Shown here piece by piece: positions 17,617 through 24,000 of a stretch of 24,000 nt of DNA. How positions within the stretch are numbered: position 1 is the stretch's first letter; each line of letters opens with the position of its first letter. A model generated the notes under the pieces. The model worked only from the letters and a program-made list of their open reading frames with translations. It searched no databases and was not told the DNA's origin. The stretch is taken from NCBI RefSeq assembly GCF_900604355.1, contig NZ_UWOE01000001.1, positions 292,617 to 316,616 of the forward strand. The letters are read 5' to 3'. The position numbers and the translations under genes are program-made. Source of the stretch: Luxibacter massiliensis (GTDB lineage Bacteria > Bacillota > Clostridia > Lachnospirales > Lachnospiraceae).

Positions 17617-18942
17617 ATGGGAAATTTACAGTTTTTGCTGAGGCAGCATGTAGGTGCTCCGTGTAAGCCAGTTGTTGAAACCGGGGATGAAGTGGAGAAG
17701 GGCACATTGTTGGCTGTACCGGAAGGCCTTGGCGCTAATATTTTTTCTAGTGTATATGGGGAAGTGGAAGCTGTTCTTGAGGACCGGGTTGTTATCAGGC
17801 CTGATGAAGAACAGAAAGAAGGATTTGTTCCAATCAGTGAAGGGACGTATCTGGATATGGTGAAGGAGGCCGGTGTAGTCGGGATGGGCGGAGCTGGTTT
17901 TCCTACAGGCGTTAAGCTTGGCACGGATCTGAAAGGCGGATATATTTTGGTAAATGCGGCTGAGTGCGAGCCGGGATTATACCATAATATCCGGCAAATT
18001 GAGGAGAATATGGAGATAACACTCAGAGGGATTAAATACTGTATGGAGATTTCTAATGCAGCTAAAGCTATTATCGCAATTAAAGCGAAAAATAAGAAGG
18101 CTGTGGAAATAATCCGCAGCGCAATTCAGGAGGAAGAGTCTATATTTATCCATCTTTTGCCAGATATTTATCCTATGGGTGAAGAGCGTGCTGTTGTGAG
18201 GGAAGCGCTGGGCAAGTTGCTGGATCCTACACAGCTGCCGTCAGCGGCAGACTCCATTGTGATAAATGTGGAAACGGTTTTGCGTGTAGCAGAAGCTATT
18301 GAGCAGAGAAAACCATGTTACAGTAAAAATATGACTATTATAGGTAAGATAAATGGCGGGAATCAGCCCCATGTTTATATGGATGTTCCCGTTGGGACAA
18401 GTGTAGGAGACCTGATCAGCCAGGCAGGCGGTATTGATGGCGTATATGGCGAGATTATCATGGGAGGGCCTTTCACAGGAACTCCAACAACATTGGATGC
18501 ACCTGTTACGAAAACGACTGGGGGCATAATTGTTACCATTGACCTCCCCGATTTACATGGTGCCCCGGTAGGCCTTTTGATCTGTGCCTGTGGTGGGAGC
18601 GAAGCACGTATGCGTGATATCTGTGAGAAAATGCATGGTAATGTTGTGTCAGTAGGCAGATGTAAACAGGCGGTTGAAATGAAGAATGGAACCTTAAAGT
18701 GTGAGAATCCGGGAAATTGTCCGGGACAGGCCCAAAAATGCCTGCAGTTTAAGAAGGATGGCGCAGAATATATCATTATAGGTAATTGTTCGGATTGTTC
18801 CAACACTGTCATGGGTTCTGCACCAAAGATGAAATTAAAAGTGTTCCACCAGACGGATCACGTGATGAGGACGATTAACCATCCTCTTTATCGCAGGCTT
18901 ACGGTTTCTAAACAGGTAGACCAGCTGCCGGAAGGCAAATAA
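17617..18942 (+). CDS. prdC: Proline reductase-associated electron transfer protein PrdC (RnfC-like)
   Basis: RnfC-type motif GMGGAGFPT, an SLBB-like region, and a Cys-rich C-terminal part. AAAGGAGAA SD. First gene of the prd cluster. Confidence 0.8.
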   Translation: MGNLQFLLRQHVGAPCKPVVETGDEVEKGTLLAVPEGLGANIFSSVYGEVEAVLEDRVVIRPDEEQKEGFVPISEGTYLDMVKEAGVVGMGGAGFPTGVKLGTDLKGGYILVNAAECEPGLYHNIRQIEENMEITLRGIKYCMEISNAAKAIIAIKAKNKKAVEIIRSAIQEEESIFIHLLPDIYPMGEERAVVREALGKLLDPTQLPSAADSIVINVETVLRVAEAIEQRKPCYSKNMTIIGKINGGNQPHVYMDVPVGTSVGDLISQAGGIDGVYGEIIMGGPFTGTPTTLDAPVTKTTGGIIVTIDLPDLHGAPVGLLICACGGSEARMRDICEKMHGNVVSVGRCKQAVEMKNGTLKCENPGNCPGQAQKCLQFKKDGAEYIIIGNCSDCSNTVMGSAPKMKLKVFHQTDHVMRTINHPLYRRLTVSKQVDQLPEGK

Positions 18943-19102
18943 AAGCTGTGTGTAACTGATAGGAAATAGAGGTCCCTGAAAGCCGATAAACTTGGCCTGC
19001 CAGGGGCGGTTCACAATAAAATTTGTGCACCAGAGTTGATTTAGTTGCTATATGAATTTGGCAGATAAGCCGATTTGTATAAGATAAAAGGAGGAAAAGA
19101 GT

Positions 19103-20947
19103 ATGTCAATTACAGCTGAAACAGCAAAAGAACATGCGAAAGACCCGGCAGTGCTTTGCTGCAGGGCCGAAGAGGGCATTACTATTCAGGCGGCGAACCT
19201 GGAGGATCCAGCTATCTTTGATGACCTGGTAGATTCTGGACTTTTAGACCTGGAAGGTGCGCTGACAATTGAACAGGTACTGGGAGCTAAGCTTACTAAG
19301 ACTTGTGATTCTCTGTGCCCATTGACACCAGATGTGGTGGAGGGTGCAAAAGCCGCCGAAGAAAAAGCGGAAGAGAACCCCGCACCGGTTCGGGAAAATC
19401 CCCCTGTTCCACCGGCTGCGGCTATTCCAGCAGTAGGAGGGGTTCTTAAGATCCATATTGGTGAAGGGAAAGATATTGATATTGAACTGCCGATGGGAGT
19501 TGCCGGAGATGGGTCTGCCATTTCGGCGCCTGTCGATGCGCATCACCCCGAAGCTGGCGGGGAGGCTGTAAAGTCTCCAGAGGAGAAGGTGGTCAGAAGC
19601 CTGGTGAGAAAGCATTATAATATTACAGAGGTGAAGCGTGGGCCGGAGACAAAAATTGAAGGGACCACATTGTTTATCCGCGAGGGAATTGAAAAAGAAT
19701 GCATAGAATCTCAGGAACTTGTACATGATCTGAAGATTGATATCATTAATCCAGATAATTACCACACATACTCGGAAACGATTATGGATGTACAGCCTAT
19801 TGCCTGCAAAGAAGGGGAAGATGAGGTTGGCAGCGGCACTACAAGGGTGTTGGATGGCGTGGTTATGATGGTTACAGGTACAGATGCCAATGGAGTGCAG
19901 ATTGGGGAATTTGGTTCTTCAGAAGGGTATCTGGATGAAAATATTATGTGGAACCGCCCGGGGGCGCCTGATAAAGGTGAAATATTCATTAAGACTCAGG
20001 TGACAATTAAAGAAGGGACGAATATGGAGAGGCCAGGCCCGCTGGCAGCCCATACTGCCACGGATCACATTACCCAGGAAATCAGAGAGGCGTTAAAGGG
20101 ATTGGAGGACGACTCCCTGGTTACAGATACAGAAAATTTTGAGCAGATCAGAAGGCCAGGCAAGAAAAAGGTTGTCATTGTCAAGGAAATCATGGGACAA
20201 GGAGCCATGCATGACAATTTGCTCCTTCCTGTTGAGCCAGTCGGCGTACTTGGGGCAAAGCCGAATGTGGATCTTGGTAATGTGCCGGTATGTGTTTCTC
20301 CGCTGGAAGTATTAGACGGATGTATCCATGCGCTGACATGTATCGGGCCGGCATCCAAAGAGATGTCTAGACATTACTGGAGAGAACCGCTTGTTTTGGA
20401 AACACTCCATGATCCTGAGGTGGATCTCTGCGGCGTGATATTTGTGGGCAGTCCGCAGATTAACTCAGAGAAGTTTTATGTCTCAAAAAGAGTCGGCATG
20501 ATGGTAGAAATGATGGATGTAGACGGTGCTTTCATTACGACTGAGGGATTTGGAAATAACCATATTGATTTTGCAAGCCATCATGAGCAGATTGGAATGC
20601 GTGGAATTCCTGTTGTTGGTATGTCTTTCTGCGCAGTTCAGGGTGCTCTGGTCGTTGGTAATAAATATATGACTAATATGGTTGATAATAATAAATCCGA
20701 GTCCGGTATAGAAAATGAAGTGCTTGCCTGCAATACACTCTGCCATGAGGACGCTGTCCGTGCACTTTCGATGCTGAAGAATGCCATGGCAGGAGAGGAA
20801 GTAAAGGCTGCGGAGAGAAAATGGAATCCCAATGTCAAGTCTACGAATGTGGAATTGATATCTAATGTAACAGGCAAGCCGGTCGAACTGGTAAAGAATG
20901 AGCAGTCCCTGCCGATGAGCGAGAAAAGAAAAGAGAAATACGACTAA
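19103..20947 (+). CDS. prdA: D-proline reductase proprotein PrdA
   Basis: 614 aa. The conserved processing region LDGCIHALT-C-IGPASKE places the putative pyruvoyl-forming Cys at codon 413 (20339-20341). AAAGGAGGAAAAG SD. Confidence 0.9.
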   Translation: MSITAETAKEHAKDPAVLCCRAEEGITIQAANLEDPAIFDDLVDSGLLDLEGALTIEQVLGAKLTKTCDSLCPLTPDVVEGAKAAEEKAEENPAPVRENPPVPPAAAIPAVGGVLKIHIGEGKDIDIELPMGVAGDGSAISAPVDAHHPEAGGEAVKSPEEKVVRSLVRKHYNITEVKRGPETKIEGTTLFIREGIEKECIESQELVHDLKIDIINPDNYHTYSETIMDVQPIACKEGEDEVGSGTTRVLDGVVMMVTGTDANGVQIGEFGSSEGYLDENIMWNRPGAPDKGEIFIKTQVTIKEGTNMERPGPLAAHTATDHITQEIREALKGLEDDSLVTDTENFEQIRRPGKKKVVIVKEIMGQGAMHDNLLLPVEPVGVLGAKPNVDLGNVPVCVSPLEVLDGCIHALTCIGPASKEMSRHYWREPLVLETLHDPEVDLCGVIFVGSPQINSEKFYVSKRVGMMVEMMDVDGAFITTEGFGNNHIDFASHHEQIGMRGIPVVGMSFCAVQGALVVGNKYMTNMVDNNKSESGIENEVLACNTLCHEDAVRALSMLKNAMAGEEVKAAERKWNPNVKSTNVELISNVTGKPVELVKNEQSLPMSEKRKEKYD

Positions 20948-20948
20948 G

Positions 20949-21248
20949 ATGAAGGCATTGAGCTATGGAGACAAAATTATCCGTATGGAAGGCGTCATTG
21001 TAGAAGTCTATGATGGATGCGTGGGAATCGATCTGAAAGGCAGGCTGGGGTACCTAAAAATACCTATGCGCATGCTGATCAGTGATTACCCTCTGAAAGC
21101 TGGCCAGGAGGTTGCATGGAACATGAGTTTTATAGAGCAGCTTGGCCCTGAAGTAAATGATAAATATATAAGCAATCTGGAGGCGTCTAACAGACGACAG
21201 GAAGAAATGCATAAAGCAGACAGAAATAACAAGGAGGTAGAACAATGA
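20949..21248 (+). CDS. Small conserved prd-operon protein of unknown function
   Basis: 99 aa. It starts 1 nt after the prdA stop (TAAGATG) and overlaps the prdB start (ATGA), so it is translationally coupled on both sides. I recognise no motif. Confidence 0.6.
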   Translation: MKALSYGDKIIRMEGVIVEVYDGCVGIDLKGRLGYLKIPMRMLISDYPLKAGQEVAWNMSFIEQLGPEVNDKYISNLEASNRRQEEMHKADRNNKEVEQ

Positions 21249-21970
21249 GTTTGACAACCACAAAAGGGTTACAGTCAGAAATTTACGTTCCGATTACCCC
21301 TCCGGCGGTGTGGACACCAGTTAAAAAAGAGCTTAAAGATATGTCTATTGCCCTTGCAACAGCTGCAGGCGTCCACTGCAAGAGTCAGGAAAGGTTTAAC
21401 CTTGCCGGAGACTCTACCTGGAGAAAGATAACGAACGATACGCCGTCAAGCGAACTGATGGTATCCCATGGCGGGTATGATAATGGAGATGTAAATAAAG
21501 ATATTAACTGTATGTTCCCCATAGACAGAATCCATGAATTGGCGGCAGAGGGTTTTATAAGAGCTTGCGCGCCAGTACATGCCGGCTTTATGGGAGGCGG
21601 TGGAAATCAGGATAAATTTAAAAATGAAACAGGGCCTGCAATCGCACAGATGTTCAAAGAAGAAGATGTAGATGCAGTTATCCTGACCGCTGGCTGAGGC
21701 ACCTGCCACCGCTCTGCAGTATTGGTGCAGAGAGCGATTGAAGAGGCTGGAATACCTACAATTATTATTGCGGCCCTTCCCCCAGTTGTCCGTCAGACTG
21801 GTACACCTCGTGCTGTAGCTCCGTTAGTCCCTATGGGTGCTAACGCAGGCGCGCCTAACGATGTAGAAATGCAGACGAATATTATGAAAGCAACACTGGA
21901 GCAGCTGATTAAAATTGATTCACCTGGCAAAGTAGTACCTCTGCCATTTGAATATGTAGCGAAAGTGTAG
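21245..21970 (+). CDS. prdB: D-proline reductase subunit PrdB, selenocysteine-containing; in-frame UGA at 21695-21697
   Basis: The track ORFs 21245..21697 and 21722..21970 share a frame. Read through, they give ...VILTAG-U-GTCHRSAVLVQRAIEEAGIPT, a U-x-x-C redox motif as in the PrdB/GrdB family. Total is 241 aa. Confidence 0.9.
21695..21732 (+). promoter_or_regulatory. Sec-UGA codon plus SECIS-like hairpin in prdB
   Basis: UGA at 21695-21697. The stem CTCTGCA (21712-21718) pairs with TGCAGAG (21726-21732), with apical loop GTATTGG containing GU. The hairpin starts 14 nt after the UGA. Confidence 0.65.
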
Positions 21971-21979
21971 AAAAATAAG

Positions 21980-22016
21980 AAAAAAGGGGCATTCCTAAAG
22001 GAATTGTCCCTTTTTT
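21980..22016 (+). terminator. Intrinsic terminator-like hairpin after prdB
   Basis: AAAAAAGGGGCATTCC-TAAA-GGAATTGTCCC followed by TTTTTT. The stem is imperfect (one bulge, one G:U). Confidence 0.5.
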
Positions 22017-22038
22017 CTCAAACAAATCGAAAAATGGA

Positions 22039-22086
22039 GGTCATAGGGGACAGTCCCTTTTGCAAAAGGGACTGTCCCCTATGACC
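22039..22086. repeat. Perfect 48-nt palindrome immediately upstream of the prdD ribosome-binding site
   Basis: GGTCATAGGGGACAGTCCCTTTTGCAAAAGGGACTGTCCCCTATGACC. Its core at 22053-22072 is identical to 14037-14056. It ends 1 nt before GGGAGG (22088-22093). Confidence 0.9.
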
Positions 22087-22099
22087 CGGGAGGTATTTT

Positions 22100-22867
22100 A
22101 TGCCCAATGTTGAGGAGGATTTAAGGCGTCTTGTTATCAAGACATTTCATATTACGGAAGTTATACAGGATGAAAGAAATGATATTCCCTCCCCGGAGAT
22201 GCTGACTGTCAATCCAGAGTGTGCGAAGGAGTTCCTGCGCCAGGAGCCGTTGATTGACAGTATAGGTATTCACATTATTCCTCCGGGGGCGCATGATAGG
22301 CTAACAAATACAATTATGGACATTATCCCAATATCGACAAAGGTGCTTGGGGAACTGGGAGAAGGGATCACCCATACGCTTACTGGAGTGTACGTTATGC
22401 TTACTGGTGCTGATACGGAAGGGAAACAAACTCATGAATTTGGTTCTTCAGAGGGGAATTTAAAGGAACGGTTATATTTGGGGAGGGCTGGCACCCCTTC
22501 GGATGATGACTATATTATATCCTTCGATGTTATCCTGAAAGCAGGGATGGGACAAGAAAGGCCAGGGCCTTTGGCTGCCCATCGTGCCTGCGACAAGTTT
22601 GTGGGCATATACAGAGAGCGGCTTAAGAAATTGAAAGGGGATCTTTGTGCCGAGCGGCATGAATATCATGATATAGTGCGTCCCGGCAAGAAAAAAGTAC
22701 TTATTATAAAACAGGTAGCAGGACAGGGGGCTATGTATGATACATGGCTTTTTCCTAAGGAGCCTTCTGGTGTAGAAGGAGGACGTTCTATTATTGACAT
22801 GGGTAATATGCCTGTGCTGCTTACCCCTAATGAATATCGGGATGGCATACTTAGGGCAATGCAGTGA
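22100..22867 (+). CDS. prdD: Proline reductase cluster protein PrdD (paralogue of the PrdA beta part)
   Basis: It aligns by eye with PrdA residues about 165-412 (FHITEV, GSSEG, ERPGPLAAH, RPGKKKV.I.K...GQGAM.D). It ends ...RDGILRAMQ, where PrdA has ...LDGCIHALT. Confidence 0.8.
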   Translation: MPNVEEDLRRLVIKTFHITEVIQDERNDIPSPEMLTVNPECAKEFLRQEPLIDSIGIHIIPPGAHDRLTNTIMDIIPISTKVLGELGEGITHTLTGVYVMLTGADTEGKQTHEFGSSEGNLKERLYLGRAGTPSDDDYIISFDVILKAGMGQERPGPLAAHRACDKFVGIYRERLKKLKGDLCAERHEYHDIVRPGKKKVLIIKQVAGQGAMYDTWLFPKEPSGVEGGRSIIDMGNMPVLLTPNEYRDGILRAMQ

Positions 22868-22888
22868 ATGAAAAAAGGAGGGGCAGAT

Positions 22889-23350
22889 ATGGGGATAGGA
22901 CCTTCAACCAAGGAGACGACACTACACCATTTCAGAGACCCGTTACTGGATGTGGTTTCATCAGATGAAGATATTGACCTATTAGGCGTGCTTATTGTTG
23001 GGACTCCAGATGAGAACGAAGATAAAATGTTAGTGGGTACCAGAGCTGCTGTCATGGCAGAATGTATGCGTGCCGACGGGGTGATTCTCTCATCAGATGG
23101 ATGGGGGAACAGCGACGTGGACTATGCGAATATGTGTGAACAGCTGGGAATTCGCGGGATCCCAGTTACGGGCCTGAAGTTCAGCGGGAAAAATGGCGGC
23201 TTTGTAGTAGAAAATAAATACCTGTCGGGCATCAAAGACATTAATAAAAGCGAGGAAGGCATTGAGACCTGCGTGGTAGGAGAAAATAATGTCACTGCTT
23301 TAGATGCCAAGACAGTTGCCGCTATGCTCAAACTGAAAATGAGGCAGTGA
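22889..23350 (+). CDS. prdE: Proline reductase cluster protein PrdE (paralogue of the PrdA alpha part)
   Basis: MGIGPSTKETTLHHFRDPL aligns with PrdA C413-IGPASKEMSRHYWREPL. ATG 22889 has AAGGAGGGG at 6-7 nt spacing. The track start at 22868 abuts the prdD stop and has no SD. Confidence 0.75.
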   Translation: MGIGPSTKETTLHHFRDPLLDVVSSDEDIDLLGVLIVGTPDENEDKMLVGTRAAVMAECMRADGVILSSDGWGNSDVDYANMCEQLGIRGIPVTGLKFSGKNGGFVVENKYLSGIKDINKSEEGIETCVVGENNVTALDAKTVAAMLKLKMRQ

Positions 23351-23511
23351 CTTATGGCAGAGAAAAAATGAACCTGGGAGAAGTATTGTTTAAGGCGATG
23401 CTGCCAATATCTATTGTGGATGGGGACACGTATAGAAGAAGGAGCGTAGAATGTCTTTTATAAGCTGTCTCGAGAAATATATTTTGTGGCATAAATCTGG
23501 TTTAATAAAAA

Positions 23512-23547
23512 GCGAAAGGCACGACCGCAGTCGTGCCTTTCGCTTTT
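23512..23547 (+). terminator. Strong intrinsic terminator ending the prd operon
   Basis: GCGAAAGGCACGAC-CGCA-GTCGTGCCTTTCGC (14-bp perfect stem) followed by TTTT. Confidence 0.75.
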
Positions 23548-23940
23548 GGTATGTCATTGAGAGGTTTTTCCTCGTTGCCTTGCAGTTTGTATTATATACA
23601 AATCTGGGGAATGTCCTACAATGAGGATGTATATATTAATTGGAGTTTACTGCTGCAAGAACGTTCTTGGGGGAAACAATCGGCAGCAGCATAACTGCAA
23701 CAGCAACCATAAGTGGTTTGCATTTCTTATTGACAAATAGCTAATTTTAGAAAAATCTGCCCTCGATTGGAATGCTCTTTTTTAGCTATTGACTTTAAGA
23801 TGAACACACTATATCACTTTACCACGTTAATGTCAATGGGAAAAGTATATTTTTGGCTTTTCTTTAAAAAATATTTTAAGAAAAAAGGCAGATAAATGAA
23901 AGAAAATGGAAATTAAAGAAAGATATATGGATTTATATAC

Positions 23941-23974
23941 GTATACCCAAAGATTCCGTCCCATAAGGTTATAC
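23941..23974. repeat. Degenerate solo copy of the 5' half of the 63-bp repeat unit
   Basis: GTATACCCAAAG...CCCATAAGG matches the array unit exactly over 12 nt and then 9 nt, with a diverged middle segment 2 nt longer. Confidence 0.5.
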
Positions 23975-24000
23975 TTATTGGACTATTAATGTCTAATAAG

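Noticed and set aside
17105-17924. Minus-strand ORFs 17105..17479 and 17355..17924.
   Set aside because: They overlap the well-folded plus-strand tRNA-Sec and the prdC 5' end. They have low-complexity composition, no SD and no recognisable motifs.
18993-19039. Sigma-54 (-24/-12) promoter candidates upstream of prdA: TGGCCT-gccag-GGGC and GTGCAC-cagag-TTGA.
   Set aside because: The first has GG-N10-GC spacing but lacks the TTGC context. The second lacks both invariant dinucleotides (TG for GG, GA for GC). Neither is convincing by eye.
22865-22867. The in-frame TGA between prdD and prdE as a third selenocysteine codon, giving a fused PrdD-U-PrdE.
   Set aside because: A near-perfect SD (AAGGAGGGG) and ATG 22889 lie just downstream, and I see no convincing hairpin at SECIS distance. 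The residues around the TGA have no counterpart in PrdA. The shared frame has a one-in-three chance of arising by coincidence.
5178-23350. Calling the whole selenium/prd region a mobile genomic island.
   Set aside because: No integrase, transposase, conjugation gene or att-like tRNA-flank duplication is visible. tRNA-Sec is intact with no repeated 3' end. Only the direct repeat arrays hint at recombination.
23353-23463. Short reading frames right after prdE: MAEKK-TGA-TWEKY... and [31 protein letters not shown] (31 aa).
   Set aside because: Ribosome-binding sites are weak or absent, the frames are very short, and a Sec codon at position 6 of a 31-aa peptide has no support. They may be a remnant of a decayed gene.
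23451-23624. A 57-aa ORF ([18 protein letters not shown]...) with a good SD (GAAGGAG, 6-nt spacing) after prdE. It falls below the ORF-track length cutoff.
   Set aside because: It runs straight through the strongest intrinsic terminator in the window (23512-23547), and I recognise no motif in it. It could be a real small protein only if the hairpin is not a terminator, so I leave it uncalled.
23636-23723. Minus-strand mini-ORFs: a hydrophobic 24-aa peptide (MVAVAVMLLPIVSPKNVLAAVNSN) and a Cys-rich 35-aa peptide (MQTTYGCCCSYAAADCF...).
   Set aside because: Neither ATG has a Shine-Dalgarno sequence upstream. The region is better explained by the nested inverted repeats it contains.

Overview
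No database search was possible, so every call rests on reading the sequence and on remembered family motifs. The window looks like a Clostridia-type (Bacillota) chromosome segment, judged from Stickland genes, strong GGAGG-type ribosome-binding sites and tightly coupled operons.

- **1-5.1 kb, ordinary genes:** a 5'-truncated MATE efflux gene, an HD hydrolase, a Sir2 deacylase, an alanine/glycine:cation symporter and a SAM methyltransferase.
- **5.1-14.6 kb, selenium-utilisation supercluster:** yedF, selD, selA, selB and a LysR regulator translationally coupled to selB. selD carries an in-frame UGA/Sec codon, so the ORF track truncates it. A 63-bp tandem-repeat array follows, then a poorly characterised four-gene module: cysteine-desulfurase-like, YedE, TusA/SirA-like and DUF3343-like.
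- **14.7-15.9 kb:** a TetR regulator on the minus strand and a second, same-orientation array of the same 63-bp repeat.
- **15.9-23.4 kb, D-proline reductase locus:** a proline racemase family gene (minus strand), tRNA-Sec (UCA anticodon), then prdC, prdA, a small ORF, prdB, prdD and prdE. prdB has an in-frame UGA/Sec codon followed by a SECIS-like hairpin, and the ORF track splits it in two.
- **23.5-24.0 kb:** an AT-rich tail without ORFs.

The structure that ordinary annotation does not explain is:
1. The two 63-bp repeat arrays bracketing the selenium-trafficking module, plus a degenerate solo copy at the window end.
2. Two perfect palindromes (36 and 48 nt) sharing a 20-nt core, placed inside the Se module and inside the prd operon.
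3. The co-location of the Sec-decoding machinery, candidate selenium-delivery proteins and a selenoenzyme consumer.

No integrase, transposase, CRISPR array or defence gene was seen.
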